From Planctomycetota bacterium (GTDB lineage: Bacteria; Planctomycetota; MHYJ01; JACPRB01): a stretch of DNA of 64,000 bases. The notes beneath the pieces were generated by a model. The model searched no databases. It had not been told where the DNA came from and saw only the letters and a program-made list of their open reading frames with translations. Below, piece after piece: positions 54,922 to 64,000 of this stretch (its first letter is position 1; the number at the start of each line of letters is the position of its first letter). The position numbers were made by a program, and so were the translations under genes. The DNA lies in assembly GCA_016209705.1 (NCBI GenBank), contig JACQVR010000037.1, forward strand, positions 25,080 to 89,079, given 5' to 3'.

Positions 54922-56691
54922 TCAATCTTCCTTCGTCCGGTCTTCCCCGTCGATCACGTAACCAATGAACCCGATGCACATCTCGTCCGTCGTCTCATCT
55001 CCCCAGCGCACGTCGCGCGGAGGATCCGACGGGTTGTTTGGGTTCTTCGTCGAGTTGTCGTACTTCGCTTCCAGGACGATTCGAGTGCCTTCAGGAATCG
55101 CCAGAGGCTCCTTGAATTGATAGGTCTCCTGCCAGTTGAAGTCCCAGTCTTTGATCGCGACCAAGTCCTTGCGGCGTCCGTCCGGGAAAGTGGCCACCAT
55201 CGAGATCTCGCGACCCAGAAGATGCATGTGGGGCATGACGTCGAGCACGTGAACATCGCGCCGCACAGTCCAGGCGGCCGTCACGCGATGAGCCTCGGCG
55301 CCGGCGGGAATCCGGAACATGAAATTGGCGATCGCCTGATAGCGGAAGAGTTGCTTCACGGGCTCCTTCGCCAGATAGAGCGCGACTTGGGTTCCTTCAT
55401 CCTTCTCGGGCCGGCCCGTCCTGTGATAGTGCGTTTCCAGGACGATCCGCTCTCTCTTGCGGAGCAGACGCCCCACGCCCTTGGGCAGCATTCGCGGCAT
55501 GTTGCCCGGCGCCCAGCCGCCCAACGAACCGGAGGGCAGGAAGCGAGGTCCGGCGCCTGAAGACTTGTACCCCGGCCGAGGATCATGAGCGTCCAGCTTC
55601 ACGGACGCCCCGCCCACGTCCAAGTACGCGATCACGTGGTGCACCACTCGTGAGTTCCCGGCGCGATATTCCACCCCGGTAATCCACGTGTCCTCTTCGA
55701 ACGGATTCTCCAGCACGTAGCAACGATACTCATCGGGTCCCTTGGCGGCGACTTCATACCCTCCCTCGGCCTTGAGGACGATGTCCGGCGTGCCGAGCAT
55801 CCATGTGTCACTGAATTTCGGCGGCTCCGGAAGGCGTTCCGGATCGCCGAGCGGAGCGCCATGCTCGTGCCACGTCTTCAGAAGCTCGATCTCCTCATCG
55901 CCGAGCCTCCGCTCGTTGTAGTATTCGCCGACGTTCGTCACCGGCTTCCATGGGGGCATGCGATGCCACTTCGCTTCGCGCGCCATTTCGCGCGACCAGG
56001 CTCGGGCCTGTTCGTAGGATTCCAGGGAGAACGGGCCCACCTGTCCGGGTCGATGACAACTGACGCAGTGCCGGTTGATCAACCGCGAGATCTGGCCGGC
56101 ATACGTCACCTCGGATGATTTCGACGGCTCCGTCTTTCGCTTGATGAAACATCCGATGGGCTCGGTCCGAGAAATCTCCACCTTCCGTCCTTCGAGGACC
56201 GCCCGGATCGCGTCTTCCAAATAGGGGTTCCGCACGAACTCTTCGAGCTTGTGGTCGTCGATCAGACCCCGGTAGCGGATGCGGAAGCGGCCGTCCAGCA
56301 GGATGGCGGTCGGCTGAATGTCCACGTTGTAAAGACCGGCGACGCGGCCTTCTTCGTCCTTGAGAAGCGGAATCGAAAAGCCGCCCTTGCGGGCGTGCTC
56401 GGCAATCGCTTCGGAGGATTCGTTCCAGTTCGAATTGACGGTGAGAAAGGCGACGCCCTGATCCGCGTACTTCGCGGCCATTTCGCAGAGCCTCCGCTCG
56501 GCGGCGGTGGATCGCGGACATTGGATGCCCGTGAAGATGAGGGCGATCGCTTTCTTGCCTTGCAAGCCGCGCAAGCGGTGCTTCGTTCCGGCGACGTCCG
56601 CCAGCGTGAAGTCCGGCGCGGCCGGCTCTTCCTGGCCGGCGGAAGCCGCCACAAGGCAAAGAACCAAGATGGATACGCTCGCGCTTCTCAT
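54922..56691 (-). CDS. Secreted redoxin (thioredoxin-fold), CxxCH heme motif and copper type II monooxygenase-like fusion protein
   Basis: Signal peptide. Redoxin segment (FTLADVAGTKHRLRGLQGKKAIALIFTGIQCP). HCVSCHRPGQVGPF motif. HHVIAY, HMHLLGR and DEMCIGF copper-site-like motifs. Confidence 0.75.
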   Translation of the reverse strand: MRSASVSILVLCLVAASAGQEEPAAPDFTLADVAGTKHRLRGLQGKKAIALIFTGIQCPRSTAAERRLCEMAAKYADQGVAFLTVNSNWNESSEAIAEHARKGGFSIPLLKDEEGRVAGLYNVDIQPTAILLDGRFRIRYRGLIDDHKLEEFVRNPYLEDAIRAVLEGRKVEISRTEPIGCFIKRKTEPSKSSEVTYAGQISRLINRHCVSCHRPGQVGPFSLESYEQARAWSREMAREAKWHRMPPWKPVTNVGEYYNERRLGDEEIELLKTWHEHGAPLGDPERLPEPPKFSDTWMLGTPDIVLKAEGGYEVAAKGPDEYRCYVLENPFEEDTWITGVEYRAGNSRVVHHVIAYLDVGGASVKLDAHDPRPGYKSSGAGPRFLPSGSLGGWAPGNMPRMLPKGVGRLLRKRERIVLETHYHRTGRPEKDEGTQVALYLAKEPVKQLFRYQAIANFMFRIPAGAEAHRVTAAWTVRRDVHVLDVMPHMHLLGREISMVATFPDGRRKDLVAIKDWDFNWQETYQFKEPLAIPEGTRIVLEAKYDNSTKNPNNPSDPPRDVRWGDETTDEMCIGFIGYVIDGEDRTKED

Positions 56692-56772
56692 CGTTGACTC
56701 CTCTCCGATGGACCGGCCATGTACCGATGAGGAAGAGAATGCGTTCTTTTCTGCGGAAGCGCAAGAACTGAC

Positions 56773-57060
56773 TCACGGCCGCGACGCGGGAACGGCGATC
56801 GTGTGGCCGAGTCCGGCGTAGAGATACCGATCGCCGAACGCGCGCGCGAAGACGCCGAAGGCGGGCTCGCCCGTGCAGTGTCCGGGCGCTACGAATCCCA
56901 CCTGGAAGGTGTCGCGCAACGCCGTCGCGATCCTCTCGAGCTCCGGATCCGGCGTCGGCTTGCCGGACCCGCCGTCCATGTCGAAATTGGTCTTGAACAG
57001 CGGCCTGGCACGGCCTCCTACTTCAATAGACCGCTCGCGTGAAAAGTTCTCACTTCCCAT
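56773..57060 (-). pseudogene. Possible C-terminal fragment of an MBL-fold protein
   Basis: VGFVAPGHCTGEPAFGVFARAFGDRYLYAGLGHTIAV resembles the C-terminal HCTG segment of MBL-fold enzymes. Only ~95 aa remain and the catalytic HxHxDH region is absent. Confidence 0.3.
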
Positions 57061-57189
57061 GAAAAAGAATATCCCATAAGGTATGGCCCGGGTGCATTGA
57101 ACCTGGAAAAACTTCTCAGGAACGCCGTTCTTGCGTATCAATTGGGCGGAGAGGGAACAACCGGAACAGGCCATATCGACGGGGGCTTT

Positions 57190-58284
57190 ATGGATCGCAG
57201 GACCTTTCTCAAGGGCGCGGCGTTGTCCGGTTTCGCGGCGGCTCGTCCGTGGGGCGCGCTCGCGCTTCAAGATACCGCCCGGTTCCAGGAAATGACTCCG
57301 GAACAGACGCAGGCGATCCAGAAAGGCTTGGAATTCCTCGCCCAGCAGCAACGCACGTCGGGAGCCATCGGCAGCAAGGCGCCCGTGGCGTTCACCTCGC
57401 TGGCCGGGCTGTCTTTCATGGCGGGCGGCAGCACGCCCACGCGCGGGCCGTTCTCGGAAAACGTTTACAAGGCGCTCGACTTCATCATGCGGTGCGTGTC
57501 ACGACAGGGATACATCAACGAAGGCGGCGCCGCCGGCAATCGCGAGCTGGGCGGCTCCGGAATGCACGGCCACGGATACGCGCTCCTCTTCCTGGCAGAG
57601 CTCTACGGCATGTGCGGCGAGCTGCGCGGCGAGCTGGACAACGAAGGCGTGAAGGACGCGATCGTGCGGGCGGTCAAGGTGACGGAATACTCGCAAGATC
57701 CCATGGGAGGATGGCTGTACGATCCCAGGCCGCAGGGGCATGAAGGTTCCGTCACGGTGACGCAGGTCCAGGCGCTGCGGGCGGCGCGCAACGCGGGAAT
57801 CAGCATCGATCAAAAAGTCATCGACAAGGGAATTTCCTACATCAGGAGATCGACGACTTCGGACGGCAACATCTTGTATCGGGTCGGAGGCGAAGGCATG
57901 GGCATGCGTCCGGCGCTGACGGCGGCGGGAGCGTGCGTCTACGCCTACTATGGACTCTACGACGACCCCCTGGCCGCGAAGTGCATGAAAGCCCTCTACG
58001 GTCACATCACCCGCCCGCGAGGGCACGACTGGGGAGGCCACGAATACTACGCGCTCTTCTACGCGGCCCAGGCGTGCTTTTTCATGAAGCGGCGGGACCC
58101 CAAGTACTGGTCCGTCGGCTACGACCGGATCCGGAACGACCTCCTTGCCGCCCAGAACAAGACGAGCGGAACGTGGAAAGATTCGGGCAGTTGGAAGACC
58201 CTGTACGACGACACGTTCTCGACTTCCTGCGCCACGCTGGCGCTCCAGATTCCGTACCGCTACCTGCCGATCTTTCAGGATTGA
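57190..58284 (+). CDS. Tat-signal prenyltransferase/squalene-oxidase-repeat (terpenoid cyclase-like) protein
   Basis: MDRRTFLKGAALSGFAAARPWGA twin-arginine signal. Alpha/alpha-toroid-like repeats (GYINEGG, GGWLYDP, DGNILYRVGG, SGTWKDSGSW). Confidence 0.7.
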   Translation: MDRRTFLKGAALSGFAAARPWGALALQDTARFQEMTPEQTQAIQKGLEFLAQQQRTSGAIGSKAPVAFTSLAGLSFMAGGSTPTRGPFSENVYKALDFIMRCVSRQGYINEGGAAGNRELGGSGMHGHGYALLFLAELYGMCGELRGELDNEGVKDAIVRAVKVTEYSQDPMGGWLYDPRPQGHEGSVTVTQVQALRAARNAGISIDQKVIDKGISYIRRSTTSDGNILYRVGGEGMGMRPALTAAGACVYAYYGLYDDPLAAKCMKALYGHITRPRGHDWGGHEYYALFYAAQACFFMKRRDPKYWSVGYDRIRNDLLAAQNKTSGTWKDSGSWKTLYDDTFSTSCATLALQIPYRYLPIFQD

Positions 58285-58426
58285 TCCGCCTTCGCCCCGC
58301 CCATTCCAGACTTTGCGGGCGAATTGGCAGGACTTCGGCGGGATGAGCCTGCCGCAAGGAAGAGACCTTTTTACGGCAGGCTCAAATCTGCTTACTCCGG
58401 GCCGCTCGAAAAGCTAAACTTTCGGG

Positions 58427-58969
58427 ATGCTCCCGCGACTGGTCTGGATACCCCTGCTGGCGGCCGCGCTCTTCGTGGGCTGTGGCAGCCCGCGGAGATA
58501 CGAAGTCTTCCAGCCGTCCGACGTCAATTTCAGGCAATTCAAGGCGGTGTACGTTCCACCGCTGGACATCCAAAAATGGATCGAGGCGCACCCGGAAGTG
58601 CGCGAAGGCGCCGGCTACGAGCACACCCGCCATGAACTTGAACACGCCCAGATGCGCATCCATAAGGATGTGCTCGTGGGCATCCAGAGCGGATCGCTGG
58701 CCGATCGACTCCAGATCGTTCCGTTGCCGCAACCGGGCGCCATGACCGTCCGGATGGAAGTGACCGAGTTCGACATGCGGCCGGAGCCCGAACTGGTCAT
58801 TCCACGCGTCAAGGTCGGCGGCGTGCTCGACCGGGAAGAGGGCCCGGGGTGGAAGTGGGGTCATATCCAAGTGACGACATATCTTGCCGACGATTCGACC
58901 AGCCAGATCCTCGGCGGATGCAAAGCGAATCGCACCATCGTCAGCCCCAGCCGGCTGGACATCGGCTGA
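58427..58969 (+). CDS. Hypothetical lipoprotein
   Basis: MLPRLVWIPLLAAALFVGCG lipobox. 180 aa. Confidence 0.55.
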   Translation: MLPRLVWIPLLAAALFVGCGSPRRYEVFQPSDVNFRQFKAVYVPPLDIQKWIEAHPEVREGAGYEHTRHELEHAQMRIHKDVLVGIQSGSLADRLQIVPLPQPGAMTVRMEVTEFDMRPEPELVIPRVKVGGVLDREEGPGWKWGHIQVTTYLADDSTSQILGGCKANRTIVSPSRLDIG

Positions 58970-58990
58970 GCGCCCTACACGGGATGCGCG

Positions 58991-59641
58991 GTGGTCATCG
59001 TGTCGTATCTCGAGAACACCCTGACGTCCCCCCTGGCGCCGTCGGCGCCCAAACCGGCCGCGAAGATCGGCCGAGGCACGCTCTTCGACGCCGCGCGCGA
59101 GGCGCTCGACCGGAAGTCGGATCCGTCCACCTGGAGATCGGACCTGATGAACCGCATCCGGGCCCGGCTCGACGGCTATCGCGGCGAGCTGCAAAGCGCC
59201 CATCTTCGGTTCGCCTCCTCCGTCTTGGATCGGGTGCTGGACGGCTCCCTGGAAGTGCGGTCGGAGATTCCGGAGCGTCCGTCGGATGCGGTGATCGTCG
59301 TGCACAAGGCGGCGGGACGCGACCTGGGCCCGGACGTGCTGCTCGTCTGCGAGTCGCTGGAGGTCGAAGAGATGGACGGATGCGTCGCCGTCGTTCTGGG
59401 CGACGTTCGGATTCGCCGACTCGAGGATTCCTTCCTCTTCGTGGCGGGAAAAATCGACGTGCAGGAGGACATCCGGCGAAGCGTGATCTTCGCGGAGGGG
59501 AACGTGTCGGCCCGCCTCATCGATCGTTGCTTCGCCTCGACTCGGGAAGGGGTTCAGGCCGAGGAATCGCGGGACAGCGTCTACCTGGATACGCCGGTTC
59601 GTCGCTTTCAAAGAGCGAGCGGTGATCGGGAAATCCGATAG
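58991..59641 (+). CDS. Hypothetical protein
   Basis: 216-aa ORF in tandem with the flanking genes. No family recognised. Confidence 0.4.
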   Translation: MVIVSYLENTLTSPLAPSAPKPAAKIGRGTLFDAAREALDRKSDPSTWRSDLMNRIRARLDGYRGELQSAHLRFASSVLDRVLDGSLEVRSEIPERPSDAVIVVHKAAGRDLGPDVLLVCESLEVEEMDGCVAVVLGDVRIRRLEDSFLFVAGKIDVQEDIRRSVIFAEGNVSARLIDRCFASTREGVQAEESRDSVYLDTPVRRFQRASGDREIR

Positions 59642-59731
59642 TCCACGGCCCATCGTTCCGTGCCTTTCCGCGCCCTTCGGTTGAGGAAGGTATCGGAGCC
59701 ACATCAGACACCACATACTCTGGAGGACTCT

Positions 59732-60394
59732 ATGCGCAAAAGCGTCATTCTCGTGGTCGGGTGCGTTTTCGCGGGCATGGCGGCGGCGGCCGGATGGGAT
59801 ACCCAAGAGGGACCGGCCTACATGATCAAGGGCCAGCAGATCGAGGGTTGCGAGTGCGACGTGTATTGCCCCTGCATTTTCCAGAAGGACGCGACGGCGG
59901 ACCAGTGCCGGGCGCTGATGGCCTGGAAAATCACCGAGGGCAAGCATGGAAACACGGACTTGAAAGGGGTTGTCTTCGCCGCCTCGGTCACCAAATCCGG
60001 CAAGAACATCGAAAAGGCGATGGGGAAGTGGGAAGGGCTCATCTTCGTCTCGGACAAGTCGTCCGAGGAGCAGCGCAAAGCCATCGCCGACATCCTCAAG
60101 CGGGAATTCGGCGGGGCGTTCGCGAAACTGGAAGTCCGTACCGCGCCCATCGAAATTATGGGCGGGTCCGAACAGTACGAACTGAAGATGGGCCAGATCG
60201 CCACGATGAAGATCTCGGCGCTGAAGGGAAAGAACGGCCAGGTCACGGTGATCGAAAACGCGCCCTCGCCGCTGGCGCTGCCCAAGTACTACTGCGCTCG
60301 GGCCGACGTGCATACGTACAACGACGGCGCCTCGAAGTGGGATTTCGCCGGCCGCAACGCGTACTACGGCGGTTTTGAAATGAAGAGCAAGTAG
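59732..60394 (+). CDS. DUF1326-like protein with signal peptide
   Basis: GGAGGA SD before ATG 59732. EGCECDVYCPCIF cysteine cluster typical of DUF1326. Confidence 0.6.
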   Translation: MRKSVILVVGCVFAGMAAAAGWDTQEGPAYMIKGQQIEGCECDVYCPCIFQKDATADQCRALMAWKITEGKHGNTDLKGVVFAASVTKSGKNIEKAMGKWEGLIFVSDKSSEEQRKAIADILKREFGGAFAKLEVRTAPIEIMGGSEQYELKMGQIATMKISALKGKNGQVTVIENAPSPLALPKYYCARADVHTYNDGASKWDFAGRNAYYGGFEMKSK

Positions 60395-60414
60395 CTGGGG
60401 AGGGAAGGATTCAA

Positions 60415-60450
60415 GGGCCGGGTCCCCGACAGGATCCGGCCTTTTCTTTT
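60415..60450 (+). terminator. Canonical rho-independent terminator
   Basis: gggccgggtcc pairs with ggatccggcc and is followed by ttttctttt. It lies directly after the DUF1326-like stop. Confidence 0.65.
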
Positions 60451-60521
60451 GGTAAGCGGTCCGGTGGACGGTACCTTGCCGCGTATGCTACGATGCAGCA
60501 TTTCGAAGGGGGACCGAAAAC

Positions 60522-63371
<2,850 letters not shown>

Positions 63372-63373
63372 GT

Positions 63374-63811
63374 ATGGCAAGGGGACGCATCCTCGTGGCC
63401 GACGAGCAGAGCGCGCTCAGGTTGCCGGTATCGCGCCTCAAGGCGCTCGCCCGCGGCGTCCTGGAAGGGGAGAAGCTGTGGCCCGCCACCTTGTCGCTGG
63501 CCTTCGTGGACAACGCCGCGATCCGGCGCGTCAATCGCCGGTTCCTGAAGCATGATTACGCGACGGACGTGCTGTCGTTCCTGCTGAGCGGAGCGGAAGA
63601 GCCCTGGTTCGGCGAGGTGGTCATTTCGACGGAGTACGCGGTCTGGGAAGCGGCTCGCCGCGGCTTGCCCGCGCTGGAGGAGGTGGCTCGCTACGTGGCG
63701 CACGGCATTCTGCACCTGGCCGGGTACGACGACGCCCCGGCGGCGAAGAAGCGCGTCATGTGGTCCCGCCAGGAGCGCTATGTTACAAAATATTTTGAAA
63801 ATTATTTGTAA
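63374..63811 (+). CDS. ybeY: rRNA maturation endoribonuclease YbeY
   Basis: HGILHLAGYDD zinc-binding motif. The last ~10 codons (VTKYFENYL*) are encoded by the first AT-rich palindromic unit. Confidence 0.85.
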   Translation: MARGRILVADEQSALRLPVSRLKALARGVLEGEKLWPATLSLAFVDNAAIRRVNRRFLKHDYATDVLSFLLSGAEEPWFGEVVISTEYAVWEAARRGLPALEEVARYVAHGILHLAGYDDAPAAKKRVMWSRQERYVTKYFENYL

Positions 63812-63876
63812 CGTTACGCTTAATTTTGAGAATATTTCGTAACTGTTACGGAAAGTTTTGAGAATATTTTGTAACA
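63781..63876. repeat. Three tandem 31-33 bp AT-rich (T)GTTAC-N21-GTAAC(A) units
   Basis: U1 63781-63812, U2 63813-63843 and U3 63844-63876. Cores are TTTTGAAAAT, TTTTGAGAAT and TTTTGAGAAT. The array contains the stop codons of both convergent genes. Confidence 0.8.
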
Positions 63877-64000
63877 AGGAGGAGGCCGGCGATCGATTTG
63901 GCGTCCCGGATTCGACCCTGCGCCACCAAGTGCAGCGCCCGTGCCAGCGGCACCCGCCAGGGGCGGATGATCTCGTCGTGGTCTCGCGGTCCCTTCGCCG
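63846..64000 (-). CDS. C-terminal end of a gene running in from beyond the window (NUDIX-hydrolase-like tail, tentative)
   Basis: The minus strand reads ...HDEIIRPWRVPLARALHLVAQGRIRDAKSIAGLLLVTKYSQNFP*. G-x-I-x-DAK-[ST]-I-x-x-LL is reminiscent of ADP-ribose pyrophosphatase C-termini. Stop is TAA at 63846-63848. Confidence 0.35.
   Translation of the reverse strand, partial: AKGPRDHDEIIRPWRVPLARALHLVAQGRIRDAKSIAGLLLVTKYSQNFP

Noticed and set aside
42935-57100. Direct repeat of the tRNA-Asp 3' end (attR) that would define the island's far boundary.
   Set aside because: I scanned the intergenic regions by eye (45.2-46.4, 48.3-48.8, 52.9-53.4, 54.8-54.9, 56.7-57.2 kb). I found no convincing copy of gttcgagccccgtcaccctcg. 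The boundary is left undefined rather than guessed.
63781-63876. Possible CRISPR array or LexA/SOS box next to uvrA.
   Set aside because: The 31-33 bp units are contiguous with no spacers, and no cas genes are present, so this is not CRISPR. The GTTAC/GTAAC half-sites are 21 nt apart, unlike any LexA box spacing I know, and they lie downstream of uvrA-ybeY rather than upstream.

Overview
High-GC bacterial chromosomal window, by eye about 60-65% GC. Gene content looks Planctomycetota-like: TPR, HEAT, FG-GAP and PQQ-propeller giants, an ECF sigma/anti-sigma pair, and a secreted CxxCH fusion protein.

Layout:
- 0-30 kb: mostly minus-strand housekeeping genes. These are a peptide ABC transporter, Ktr/Trk K+ uptake, aroA, ubiX/ubiD/ubiE-type quinone genes, tig-clpP-clpX, vapBC, uvrC and rsmD.
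- 31.9-37.0 kb: a 1701-aa multidomain protein.
- 37.0-39.5 kb: an alpha-oxoamine synthase plus a large GNAT.
- 42.86 kb: tRNA-Asp(GTC), followed by a truncated and frameshifted tyrosine integrase.
- Next 10 kb or more: a stretch rich in gene fragments (atpD tail, frameshifted PilZ, groEL with an in-frame TAG, N-terminally short radical SAM). It also holds a sigma54 activator flanked by two candidate -24/-12 promoters.
- Window end: uvrA-ybeY.

Most unusual observations:
1. Nearly every intergenic gap in 0-30 kb and at 37-38 kb holds a hairpin whose arms are stuttered 6-9 nt units. These fall into several recurrent families.
2. Two gaps (9.43-9.78 kb and 13.24-13.79 kb) carry homologous, deeply nested inverted-repeat structures with no ORF.
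3. A 31-33 bp AT-rich GTTAC-N21-GTAAC unit occurs as three tandem copies between ybeY and a convergent gene, and once in a divergent promoter region at 42.5 kb.

No CRISPR array, rRNA or intact transposase was seen. All homology calls come from reading the translated ORFs. No searches were run.
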